NCBI GenBank assembly: GCA_001929475.1
Contig: LXFE01002252.1
Coordinates: 1 to 61,905 of the forward strand
Length of the DNA: 61,905 nt
Direction of reading: 5' to 3'
Source: Neolecta irregularis DAH-3
Taxonomy: Eukaryota
The notes beneath the pieces are model-generated. The model was given only the letters and a program-made list of their open reading frames with translations. It ran no database searches and had not been told where the DNA came from. Both the position numbers and the translations under genes were made by a program. Shown one piece after another: positions 25,764 to 37,732 of this stretch; the stretch's first letter is position 1; each line of letters starts with the position of its first letter.

Positions 25764-26888
25764 ATGCCTCTCAACATCCTCCACCATAAATCTTGGAATG
25801 GTATCTCTGTTTATTTATATATCTTTTAATATGCAGTGTACAACAAGGACAACATTGCTCGTGTCCGCGCGGATGAAGAAGCCGCGAGAAAGAAGGAGGA
25901 AGATGAAGAATATCGAATGCAAGAAGCCGATAAAGAACATCGCCTCAACATTTTACGAACTCGAGCGGCAGAAAGTCTGGCAGAACAACCAAATTCCATT
26001 GAAAAGCAAGCCTCAAAGTCTTTTCTATCTGAAAAGAAGCGAAAGAGGGTGGATGACACTGCCGGGCTTGAAGATAAACGTACTCCAGGTTTGATAAAAA
26101 GTCACATCAACTTTTGGGGGGATCTCGAGGATGGGGTACTTTATCAACTCTAGAACTGCCTAAGAATCAGAAGCTTGCGGTCGGGAAGAAGGATTACGAG
26201 AATCCTGAGAGACAAGCTGAGAAGAAAGCCGAAGATGAGAAATGGGATAGTCAAATAACTATGAGGCTGGGCCGTCCGGCAAAAGGTACGCTCATTTCGA
26301 TTGATTTATGATAATGAGTTTGCAGAAATGAAACCTTGGTACTCATCACTGGATCTTGAATCGTCAGAACAGAAACGAACAAAAGAACAAAGATGGGAGA
26401 GACAACATCGGAATATATCTTTTTATGATCCATTAAGTGCAGTAAATGGATTTTTGAAGCAAAAGAGACAAATTGAAGAAGACGAACGAGAGAAGGAGGA
26501 ACATTTGAGACGAGATGAGAGAGATTTTAGCAGGAAGGATTACCACCAGAGACGCCTTGAGGAGAGAGATGATCAATTCAGAGAAGAACGCCGTAAAAGT
26601 CGAGATCGTCATCGCCATGAACGGCAGCGCAGAGATCTTGAACGTCGACATACTTCAAAATCACCAGAGTTCAACCTTTCATCGAGGCTTCCTTCAAAAA
26701 ATAAGAATCACCACACCAAAGAATCGTCTTCCCTCGACATTGAAAAACTCCGCGCAGACAGAATTGCACGTGAGACTGCTGAAAAGAAGAGGGTTGAACA
26801 GCTCCTGCGGCATGACGAAAGAGTGAATATCAAGGGAGTTGGACGTGCAGGGTATAGTGCTCAGTTCAATCCTGATTTTGTGCGCTAG
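25764..26888 (+). CDS. CIR N-terminal domain protein, LENG1-like splicing-associated factor
   Basis: Spliced N-terminus MPLNILHHKSWNVYNKDNIARVRADEE; HINFW, KPWY, DPL, C-terminal YSAQFNPDF. Confidence 0.85.
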
Positions 26889-27329
26889 CATGGGTTTCCT
26901 TGGGAGACAAAATTTATATTCTTCATTAGCGATAAGAGTCTTTGGAGTAGGATAAAGCATTGATTTCTATAAAATAGCATGAATACTGTGAATAATGAGG
27001 AGTCTTGGAACTTGCAGACCATGTGAACCATAATTGTAAACAATATACATAATTACCATAATAAATATCTCTTAGCAGACGAGACAAATGTTTATTAATG
27101 GTCTGAAAATAGGCACCAGTCATACTTACCTATACTCTCATATTGTTCACATGGAGGTATAGGTGGGTAGACTGATACATCTTTTGTACTCAAGTGTAGA
27201 CACTTGTTCATAAGCGTTTATACCTCAGTAGGAACAACGTGTCCGTGATATAATCCTTGTGAACCGTCTGTAAATAAGCTCCATAAAGAATGTCAATCGG
27301 TTACTCCATTTGACGGTGAAATTAAATCA

Positions 27330-27525
27330 GTCGATCATTTCTGTGGGAACTCGAAGATTCCCTGTACTAACGTGAACCCCCAGGTCGCCACATTCACCAC
27401 CCAACCATTGGGGGTAACTTAAGGAACCGTCATGAGAAGCCGCCAGATGGCCTCGCCCATCCAGGATAGTCCTAGGATTTGCCGCCGGGTACGTCACAGG
27501 GAGGCAAAGAGGCAAATGACGGTAG
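27330..27525 (-). ncRNA. candidate structured non-coding RNA, family unassigned
   Basis: GC-rich island with nested stems; G-U pairs favour the minus strand; TATA-like element at 27546-27552. Confidence 0.35.
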
Positions 27526-28248
27526 GGTGCATATGTGCTGATTTGTATATAACTAGCGCCTAGCCTGACTAGCAGGCTAGGCTTTCATCAGATATTCAAT
27601 GTACGTAGTTACTTCTCTTCTAGGTACCTACGCTAGAGTATCCAATCGAAGTCTCATCCAGCACCAAAACCAAGTTAGTGTGCTGACAATTTCTGCCGAC
27701 TCTCTGAAATTCCACTGCTGAAGTGTCATTAAACGTCGTGGATTTGTAGGACTCGCAGGTTCGAGGAGGTCAATACGACTGTCGGATAAATTTGATTAAT
27801 CCTATCACCAGTCAATTAAGAGAGCTGTGGCAGCAGTGAGGGAGAAGATTTAAAAAGGCAATGGTAGCAGGAAGGAGGAGAGTTAAAGGCAGAGAATAAA
27901 AAATAATAATGTTGAGCGTGGATCAGTAAAAGTCTCGAATCAGTGAACAGATCGAGGTTCCAATGTTTTATTAGGTTTATTAGTCAGAACACAAAGTCAC
28001 CAGTTTCTACAAGATATAACAGACTCAATGGAAACATGGCATGACAAAGAGTTAAGTATGATCCTGACCTCGTTGAAGAGCAGCTTTCCCCGCAAAGCAG
28101 AAATATCAGCTTATTGGATAAATCTATAGATAAATCAGAGTATGGATACAACCGTAGGACAAGTAGAGGAGTCCACGGGCTATAGTCACATCCACCACCC
28201 ACACCCACGATCTACCCTTTCACTTATTTCCGCTATTCTTGCTTGTTT

Positions 28249-29907
28249 ATGGACTCGCTGCTGCCTTTTCCTTCAGGTCTTTCGCCTCCGGAAATCCTCG
28301 ACGATATTTGCTGGTACCAAATCGCTCTTCCGCGCGCCGGCCGCTGATCGCCAGCCGCTTTATCGTCAACCTGCCGCCCGCAGAGTTACGTTCGCCCGAA
28401 CGGATCTGCTTCCAGATTGAACAGGCGCATTGGTTTTACGAAGATTTTGTCCGCGATAGTTTGCCTGCGCTGCCTGCGTATACCTTGCGTGCCTTTGCCC
28501 GGCTTTTGTTTTCCCACTGCAAAAGTCTCGGACACTGGGAAGACCGCTTCGACCGAGCATTTGCTACTTTTATCGATTACAAGGTCAAAGTCCCTGTTCG
28601 CGGTGCTATTTTGCTCAATCCACAGCTGGATTCTGTTCGTCGCCCGTCCGTCCACTTCCTTGGCTAATATCAACAGGTTCTTCTTGTTAAGGGCTGGAAA
28701 TCAAACTCGGGCTGGGGATTTCCAAAAGGAAAGATCAACCAGGACGAGCTCGACTTGGACTGTGCCGTGAGAGAAGTACGTGTCTCCCAACTTGGTCACA
28801 TCCACCGACTCGCAGTGTCTCGAAGAGACTGATTTCGATATATCCAGTCTTGCCGACTCCACCCAGTATGTAGACAAAACCATTCGGGGCCAAGACATTC
28901 GCCTGTACGTTATCAAAAATGTACCCACAGATACAAAGTTCTCGCCTCGCACAAGAAAAGAAATCAGCGTAGGACAAGTTCATCCTTGTCTCCCGCTGAC
29001 TTCTTAGAAAATTAGTTGGCATAAAATTGCAGATCTTCCCTCCGATCCACAAGACAAAACACCAGTCAACGGTGAGAATTCAACTAAATATTACATGGTC
29101 GCCCCGTTCATCACGTATTTTTCTCATGCTGCAAACTTCTAAACTTGAAGGCTTCTTCGAAATAAGCTCAAACGATATAAAAGAGATCTCCGAAGACAGC
29201 AAATTGAAAACAACCCGACGCCTGAAAAACCTCTCACTGTTTCTCTGGAAATACAGTCTTCTACAATTGATTCGGCGCAGAGGTTAAAAACCCTTGTCTG
29301 TGCATCTCTGCCTATCCAACCTCCAAATGGAAAATTCCTACTTGAAAAGTTACGAGGCCCAAGTCCCCCCATTAATATCCATACAAAACCCCACTCTCCA
29401 AATTTGGATTTGGGCATGCCGGGTAGTTTGTTGGGGCTTCTCCGCAACGGATCGTCGAATGGCACTAAAGTTGTCAGTAGTATGGCAACCGTGGGATCGT
29501 CCACTCGACCCGTAACAAGTCCAAACATTTCCACAAAGAAACAACCACAATACAAGATTCTCAAAAGACCAGTTGAACAACCCTCCTCTGCACCTCCTTC
29601 AAATCAAACCTTTCTCCTCCAACAGATTCTCCAAAAGCCTCCTTTAAGAACCGTTTCAACTCAACTTTCCCCGAACATGAAACCGAATCTGAGAAAAGTG
29701 TTGTCAAACGACGATTTGCAGAAACGGTCACTGGCGGAGGAAAGAGCACCGATGGATAGTCTAATGGCGAGGCTGAACACGGGCGATTCGAATGAAACTC
29801 GTCCAGTCATAAGCAAGCCAATAAAACTAGAATCGCCCAAATACGAAGGACTACGCGAGATGGATCTAATTTTACTAGACTTGCTTCGAAAAGCCATTGG
29901 GAAATGA
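28249..29907 (+). CDS. DCP2: mRNA decapping enzyme catalytic subunit Dcp2
   Basis: Box [25 protein letters not shown]; Nudix [20 protein letters not shown]; Leu-rich helical motifs in the tail (LLGLLR, LLQQIL, LLDLLR). Confidence 0.95.
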
Positions 29908-30062
29908 TTCCGTTTTATTTACTGTCACACCTTGTTTACCTTTTGGGGATGGGGCATCTTTTTGCGTGTGTGTGTAATTTTTGCTTTATTTACCTCATGT
30001 ACGTTCTTTTTTCAATTAAAGCATATAATATCCCTTGTACAATGTCCACAAAAGAGAAATTC

Positions 30063-30566
30063 CTATACAATATGACGATTTTCCTGGGTAACATGAAATG
30101 GACTCCAAATTCCTCGAACGCTAGCGTTTTTACTTTCAACATGCGTGTCAAATCTTTTCAATTTCATACCACTTGCATTTCGCAGTAATTCTGCTTTTGT
30201 TTGGATTTCACGAGCAGTCATGTTTCGCACGCAAATTACTTTTTCGCGACCGTTGATGTAGCGGCCTCGTAAAATCGGATGGTGACCCGGCCGGTTCAAC
30301 ACGATGAATTCTATTTGGGGGTTCTCTTTTGCAAAAGTGGGAAGCCAGTGCGATATGAAGGTCCTGCTGCGTTAGAATCGACAAGCGGAGTAATTATTAG
30401 GATACTTCTGTCCACGAGACGAGCCATACCGGTCGCAATAGCACAACTCTATACTCTTGCACTACAAATCAGGATCTGGGCATTTGGGGGCATGATCTAC
30501 CTGTAAAATGAATGCACCGGCCCCATTGCAGGCCTTCGCAACTTGTTTGATCGCTGCAACAGTCAT
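30063..30566 (-). CDS. MRPL51: mitochondrial ribosomal protein mL43 (Mrpl51)
   Basis: NGAGAFIL, YCDRYGSSRG, PGHHPILRGRYINGREKVICVRN, SVRGIWSPFH. Confidence 0.93.
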
Positions 30567-30643
30567 TTGTGTGGTTGATTGGCTATGTTTAAGAGAAATC
30601 CCTAAATTTTAAAACTCCGGCATATTCCCTCCCTCAGCCCTCC

Positions 30644-31785
30644 ATGACCGCCGAACGACTGCCGCAAAATATCCTTGGGCTCTTTGCTCCCCGGCCTCCG
30701 CTGCGCTACCTGCCGTACCATGACCGTGCATTAGAAGAGCGCAAGAGCTGCAGGGTCACAGGGGTCAGTGATTACGTCTTGATGCTGAAGGACTACGACA
30801 AAGACTTTACTCCCACTGACGGCTGGGCCGAAAGGCGGGAGAAGAAAAAGATTGAACGGGCAAAGGCTCAACAAGAACGATTGAAACTGGCGTTTGAGAA
30901 ATGTTTGTGCCAAGTCTTTAGTATTGGAGACTGATCGATATTAGGGAAGCCCGGTGACGATCCCATGGTTCGTGGAGACCCCTACAAAACACTTTTTATC
31001 TCGAGATTGAACTATCAAGTCAATGAACAGGACCTTGACCGTGAATTTGTAAAGTTTGGTCCGATTGAAAAGGTATATCTGTTGCTATAAGAGACTAAGA
31101 TAAGATTCGGGTTGTAAAGGACAAAGAGAATAAGCAACGTGGATATGCATTCATCGTATATGAGCGGGAGCGAGATATGAAGGGTGAGGTTTTGCTGTGA
31201 TATTATTTGTTAATTGTAGCGGCGTATAAAGAGACTGACGGTCTCAAAATCAAGGGACGACGGATTGTCGTTGATGTAGAACGCGGTCGAACTGTTAAAG
31301 GCTGGAAGCCCAGACGATTGGGAGGGGGATTGGGAGGGCGAGGCTATACGCGTGCGCCCCGAGACATACCAAGCCGGGCTGCCGAGTCTCGATTTGGAGG
31401 AGACAGGAACGGATTGCGACCTGGGCGAAGCGGTAGTTTTCGAGGTGGTCGTGGAGGCGGATTTGGAGATCGGAGTGAACGGGGAGGAGGCGACCGAGGC
31501 GGATTTCGCGGAGGATTTCGCGGGGATCGCAGAGGGTCTCGGGGCGGAATTGGGTTTCATGGGGGAAGAGGAGCAGGAGGACCGCCTTCGGGACCAAGAG
31601 GATTTGACAGACCACCTCCAGCCGGACCATCAGGATTCCAACCGCCAGCAGCAGCAGGATTTGGAGCGCCGCAACAGTTTGTACCTGCTGGCCACGAGTC
31701 TCGGGGACATGCGCGACCTGAGGATCATCACGGACGAAGACGAGAAGATGATGGAGGACGAGACTATAAGCGGCCGAGATTCTAG
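30644..31785 (+). CDS. SNP1: U1 snRNP 70 kDa protein
   Basis: [61 protein letters not shown]-rich tail. Confidence 0.96.
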
Positions 31786-31884
31786 ATTGTGTACTTGTCA
31801 AATGGGCGAGCAATCGACTGAGACGGGAATGTCTCAACAGTTAGTGTTTGTAAAGGTAATCTGTGGTTTGTTTTCTTTCTGCAC

Positions 31885-32099
31885 TCCTATATATCAGGTA
31901 GGTGTCCCGGATGTCCTATTTCAGGTAGGTGTCTAGGATGCCCCAAGGTAAGTTTTCAGGAAGTCCTATACCAAGGTCCTATATCGGGTAGATGTCCAGG
32001 AAGTCCTGTATCGTAGGTGTTCAGGAGGACCTATATCAAGTAGATGCCCGAGTCCTGTATAAAGCAGGTGCCCGGGAAACTATATGAAGGAGATGCCCA
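31885..32099. repeat. degenerate tandem array of about 27-bp units (consensus close to gtcctatatcaggtaggtgtccaggaa)
   Basis: About 7-8 diverged copies read directly. Confidence 0.8.
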
Positions 32100-32315
32100 A
32101 AATGTGCATATCTACCCGGATGCCATCATGCAGATGGCGATGTCCATCTCAGCCAGAGAAAAGTGGCAGGTACTTGTCTAGCCAGAATGCACAAATGATG
32201 CGGATATCTAACAAGCCCTCAATATATGCATACCCCGGGTGTACCTAATATATGCATATATTTGGTAGTCCTTGGGGAGACCTAGTCAATATATGCATAT
32301 CTTGTGGAACCAATT

Positions 32316-32635
32316 GTAGCTGCATCGCTGAACGCCGCGTATCCTCGCCTACCCACGCGCGAATCCCTTTCGAGAGATTCGTGCCCTTATGCGAGGGGGC
32401 AAGTCGGAGAATCGTCCTCGCCCCGCCTGCTCTCACGAGCCTGCCTCTAACTGGCTGCGGTGGCACCAGAAAGCTCGGCTGCTTCCAGTCAGGTCTCTGG
32501 CGCGGGAACGGCTTTGGGAGGCTGCCGCGAGGATCGAATGCCTTTTAGTGCATTCTTGAGTGCAATACGCGGCCGTCGCGGGTTCGATTCGCACCCGCGA
32601 CAACTCAATTCTGCTCGTCTGGGCGATGCAGCTAT
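32316..32635 (+). ncRNA. RPR1: nuclear RNase P RNA
   Basis: P1 gtagctgcatcgct/ggcgatgcagctat; P2 gccgcgt/acgcggc; P3 cctcgc/gcgagg; CR-I gggggcaagtcggag; CR-II caccagaaa; CR-IV agtgcaat; CR-V caactcaattctgct; motif order matches fission-yeast RNase P RNA as recalled. Confidence 0.88.
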
Positions 32636-32657
32636 CTCCTTTCTTCTTGCTCCTATC

Positions 32658-32664
32658 TTTTTTT
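32658..32664 (+). terminator. oligo-T7 tract, putative Pol III terminator of the RNase P RNA gene
   Basis: T7 run about 22 nt downstream of the P1 3' strand. Confidence 0.5.
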
Positions 32665-32668
32665 GGCC

Positions 32669-33528
32669 ATGACCGCGTTTCTATTCAAGCGCTTTGTTGC
32701 TCCAACTGCTAACCAGATGGTGGGTGATACTCTGTTTCGCGGGCAAGAAGACCCGTACTGGGAGGAGCGTATAGAGGTAAAAGAAACCCATACTCGCCGC
32801 CGTTGCTTATCCATATCAGGGCCAGTCGCGCAAGAAGAAGGCTCTTCCACCAGGCATCTCTGTTCATGACGCCAAGATCCTCAAGCGCGTCCGCAGACAA
32901 GGCAACTGTCCAAACATTGCCCCTGCCTGTTGACACTCCACAGCCTATGCCCTCGACCGCGCAATCAACTGTTTCTGCTGCTGCACCATCAGAATTGGTA
33001 CTGTAGCCTTAACCCCTAGCCCCTAACCAGAAGGCTGGTCGACGGTCATAGGCATTATTCCTGCTGTCGGTGACGTCATTGCTTGTATGCTTGCCCTCAG
33101 CATCGTGCGCACCTGCAAGAAGGCAGACCTCCCACAAACCGTGCTGACCCGTATGTACTTGAATGTCCTGATCGATTTCCTGGTTCATGTTTCTCCTATC
33201 CTCGCTTATAGCTAGATTGGTCTGGTCCCGTTGATCGGTGACGTCATGAATGCCCTGTATAAATGCAACACTAGGAACAATGTTCTATTGGAGAAAGTAC
33301 TGCAAACCAGAGGAGCAGAAACCATCAGAGAAGCATCTTTCCTGGGTTGCCCTGCTAACTGTGAAGCAAGCCCAGGTGACAACTGCATCTCACCCTTCAC
33401 TCCCACAGCCAGCTAAAAGAACACATGGAGTGTTCAATTGGCTGAAGAAGAATACCGATGCCATCCACACAGACCCCGCAGGTTCCAAATCGACACCCAT
33501 CAGGTTAGGCAATTACCTTCCAGAGTAA
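32669..33528 (+). CDS. DUF4112-family membrane protein
   Basis: EDPYWE, GIIPAVGDVIACMLAL, RMYLNVLIDFLIGLVPLIGDVMNALYKCNTRN. Confidence 0.85.
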
Positions 33529-34373
33529 CCTTCAATACTAACTAGTATCGGGCCTGATGTTATCCTTTTATATGCAGTATACCTCAGGTGGCGGATTTTA
33601 ATTCCAGCTACCAGATGAACAAGTGATACTCTTGTTTCAGTTTCTGCGTTAAGTGGATATTCAAATCTTATTTTCATGATCCCTCAAATATATCTTTGAT
33701 AACAATTCGACCGTATATTACAGAAATCTTTTTCAGATTGCAAGTTACTGCATATTCTACGATTTAGAGTTTCACCGACGTTTAATGTACAAAGATAAAA
33801 GCAACTCATGATCCTGTGTTAATCAGAGGTTAGAACCACAATTTCAACCGTCAGAACTTCTCCGCGGCATCACAGTATCTGTCCAAATGCAAGCATAATG
33901 CATAACAATAGGTAATTGGTGGGTTAACTGGTTTGACGTCACATATAAAACTAGTATTTAGACAGTACAATCTCTCAAGAGCTAAAAATCTAATATCAAT
34001 TGTCAAGGAATAGTGTGTTTCCAGTGTCTCCATCACAGTATATGTACATTGTCACAAGGTTCAGATAGTCTTGAGTTTTCTCATTGGGAGTGAATTTAAA
34101 GTAATTCGCTTCTCTTTATATTATCAGACCTGTTCATGCCTAGTCTCAGAAAAGTGCCTGATGTATGTTAACAGTCCCGTTGCGTCTGGTGAAAACGGCA
34201 GCTTCCAAATCAAGTGATTCGGCGATGACTTAAAGGCCACTAATATTAGACTTTGGAAAGGCAACCACCAAGCAAATTAACTCCATTTCAGGAACCTGTC
34301 TGTCATCTACTCCTACACCCCCGTCTCAGTTTCGGCCTTCTCCACCCCTTCTGTACCCGCAATCAAGCCCAAT

Positions 34374-36297
34374 ATGTCCGACACTAACGTCCGTCTGATT
34401 CCGGAACATCGAAAAAATGCTTTCAAGAACAAAAGCGTCTTTAAAGCGGAAGAGCTCCGCAGGCGACGCGAAGAGCAGCAAGTAGAAATTCGAAAGGCCA
34501 AACGAGAAGAAAGCATCGCAAAAAGGAGAAACCTCACAGGCATATCTGGAACGGTCACTGATAGCGAAGATGAATCTGGTATCGTTGGTCAGGATGTTGA
34601 GGTACGTACACGTTTTCCCTTTTATGCATCAGAGAAATCGATTTCTGGAGGCACTCTCAGATATCAGGATCGTTCAAGACAGGCTCTTGAGTTCAAAATT
34701 GAGGATGCTTTGATAATTAAAGGGATTCATTTCATGTGACAATATCACATCAATCTTCTTCAACGTCTCCTACCCGTACATCTCTATGCTATTGACTTTG
34801 CGAATTTTGTTGAGGATATCATTTGACAAGATAGAGCGAGGAACTTCCTGTCATGATTCAAGGTGTCTTTTCAGAGAATGTCGAAGAACAAGTCCCCGCT
34901 ACCACAAAATTCCGAAAGCTTCTTTCGAAAGAAAGAAATCCTCCCATTGAGAAAGTTATCGAGTGCGGTGTAGTCAATCGATTTGTTCAATTCCTCCGCT
35001 CTTCGCATGCCCTTTTGCAGTTTGAAGCCGCATGGGCCTTGACAAATATCGCGAGTGGAAGTTCCAGTCAGACTCAAGTAGTCATTGAATCCGGCGCTGT
35101 GCCTATCTTTGTCGAACTACTCAGTAGCCCCGAGGCCGATGTTCGTGAACAGGTGCGCTATATTTCTACAGTATGGTCTGATTGTATAGGCAGTATGGGC
35201 TCTTGGTAACATTGCTGGTGATAGTCCAAACTGCAGAGATTACGTTCTTCGTTCAGGCGCTCTCAGACCCCTTCTTGCTCTTTTACAAGATTCGCGCAAG
35301 ATGTCAATGCTAAGAAATGCTACGTGGACTTTGTCCAACTTTTGTCGCGGGAAAAACCCTCAACCGGACTGGGCTACCGTAGATTTTCTCTTTTGTTCGT
35401 TGATCTGACTTTTTTTAGATTGCCCCCGCTCTTCCAGTACTAGCTAAATTGCTTTACTCACTCGACGATGAAGTTCTGATTGATGCTTGTTGGGCTATCT
35501 CCTATCTTTCTGATGGGTCGAACGAAAAAATCCAAGCCGTTATTGAATCAAGCGTTCCTCGCCGACTTACCGAACTCCTCATGCACCAATCCACATCCGT
35601 ACAGACGCCTGCTCTTCGTTCTGTTGGCAATATAGTCACTGGGGACGACCTGCAAACTCAGGTCATTCTCAACTGTGGAGCTCTTCCAGCCCTTCTCTCT
35701 CTTCTTACTTCACAAAAGGACGGTATTCGGAAAGAAGCCTGCTGGACCATATCTAACGTTACCGCTGGAAACTCGGCCCAGATTCAAGCTGTCATTGATG
35801 CCAACATCATTCCACCTCTGATCAACCTTTTGCAAAACGCCGATTTTAAGACCAAGAAGGAAGCCTGTTGGGCAATTTCCAATGCCACATCAGGAGGTCT
35901 CGCAAAACCCGATCAGATCCGTTATCTTGTTGCGCAAGGATGCATCAAACCCCTTTGTGATCTTCTTGGTTGCATGGATAACAAGATTATCCAAGTCAGT
36001 CTTGACGGTCTCGAAAATATTCTCAAAGTCGGGGACATCGATCGAGAAGCCAACGGTGGTATCAATAGATTCGCTTTGTTCATCGAAGAAGCTGGTGGCA
36101 TGGAGAAAATCCACAACTGCCAGAACAACGCCAATCAAGATATCTATATGAAGGCATATAAACTTATCGAAACTTATTTCGGAGACGACGACGGCGAGGA
36201 GGAAACTGGTTTGGCGCCGCAAGCCGTTGATGGACAATTTGCTTTTGGAGGGCAACAACCACAGGGAGGTTTCAACTTTGCAAATGGAGGAATGTAA
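34374..36297 (+). CDS. SRP1: importin alpha (karyopherin alpha)
   Basis: [33 protein letters not shown] repeats [22 protein letters not shown]. Confidence 0.97.
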
Positions 36298-36913
36298 AGG
36301 GGCGGCGGTTTTTCTTTTGTTTCCGTCTTTTATCTCTCATCTTTGATCCGAGAATTCATTTTCAAGCCCCCTTTGTTGTCTGGCATGTAGCATAACTCAC
36401 AATCATGTAACGTCTTCTCCGTTGTTTTCTCCCTTTCTCTTTAGTCTCATATTTCATCCAGCAGATCGCAATGTCTTATATAGCTCGTATGATCTAATAT
36501 CTGACCTTCTTGCTACGGATTGAAGCATTGCGTTTTGTCATGGCCTCTCAGCCGTATGTCTCTGAATCACTCCAATTCATCAAGATATAGTCAATCAAAC
36601 TCTGATTTGACTACATCATGATTCTACAAACAACGATCCATACAAATACATTGGACTATGAAGTGAACCAGCATTGAATTAGTAAATGCAAAAAACACTT
36701 CATAACGCAACGGTGTCAGGCTTCTATGGGAGAGAATTTAAGACATGAAACAAAATGTGTCAAGTAACAGTTGGAGCGTTATTTGGAACAAGTAGTTATT
36801 GTATTTTTGCTTTCTTCTGTATAAATACGTGTATATCTGCCACTGACACAACGTGAGATATAATATATGTATGTTGAGCACATCCCACGTTACCTCTTCC
36901 CCACCACAATCCA

Positions 36914-37732
36914 ATGAAATTGTTTCTATTCTCCCTTGCCCTATTATGCCTCAAGGCGTTTGCTGAGGAAACCTCAGGGCCAGCAGAGCCTGTGGACAGC
37001 GCTCAATCTTCCTCCAAGCAAGTCGAGATTGCCGTGTCTGCTTCGTTTCCTGATGCACCTTTGGCCGCTTCCTTGGAAAACAGTCAAAAGAATCGCGTTA
37101 TAATTACTGTTGTGAACAATGAGCCCCAAATTCCCATTGTAGTTGATAAAATTGGTGGATATCTCTGGGAACCTCTCAATGCTGCAAAAATCCATACTGT
37201 AGGTTACTTATCCTCGCCCCATGTTGAGCAGTGTTAGTTACTTGGAGTCAAGACTACGACCGAAATCGGGCCGAGAGAGAGTAAGGAATTCTCATACGAA
37301 TTCAATGTCGACACTCGACCTGGGAAGGTTGGACTGAACCTTGCCATTGTTTTCAAGAGGGAAGACCAAGTGCTCCAGAAAAATGCCTACAACTCGACCA
37401 TTCCCCTCAATGAGCCGCCTGCTTCGATTTTCGACCCTCAGATGTATACTCCCACCCATTTGCAAGTTGACACTTTAAGGCTTTTCCTCTATCTCTTCAT
37501 TGCCACAATAGTTTCAGGCTTAGGGTATTACGCTTACTCTACTCTTTACGGATCATTATTTCCGGATTCAAAGAGGAAGAGACCGAAGAAAACAGGTGCT
37601 GTGTTAAAACAAAAAGATCCGAATGTTCTGGACGAGGATTGGTTGCCTGTTGAAAAGAGTCCTAGTTTAAAGAGGCGGGACATATCAAGAGGGAAAATCT
37701 TGAAAGGCAAGAACGAGACTAAAAGCGAATAG
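36914..37732 (+). CDS. IRC22: TRAP-alpha/Irc22-like ER translocon-associated protein
   Basis: Signal peptide, lumenal beta domain, AYNSTI..EPPASIFDPQ, TM, DEDWLP. Confidence 0.75.

Noticed and set aside
27122..27290. U1 snRNA gene (starts ATACTTACCT)
   Set aside because: No GAUCA loop I, AUUGCAC loop II or Sm site follows; the motif is buried in a hairpin
27080..27300. RNase MRP RNA or snR30/U17 (AUGGAGCUUA, UUCCUA and GACCAU-like motifs on the minus strand)
   Set aside because: No matching CR-I/P1 for MRP and no closing stem around m1/m2 for snR30
31885..32099. CRISPR-like array
   Set aside because: Adjacent degenerate units without unique spacers, in eukaryotic DNA with no cas genes
32575..32601. 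tRNA-like GGTTCGATTC motif
   Set aside because: It is the gtcgcgggt/acccgcgac hairpin between CR-IV and CR-V of the RNase P RNA; no cloverleaf
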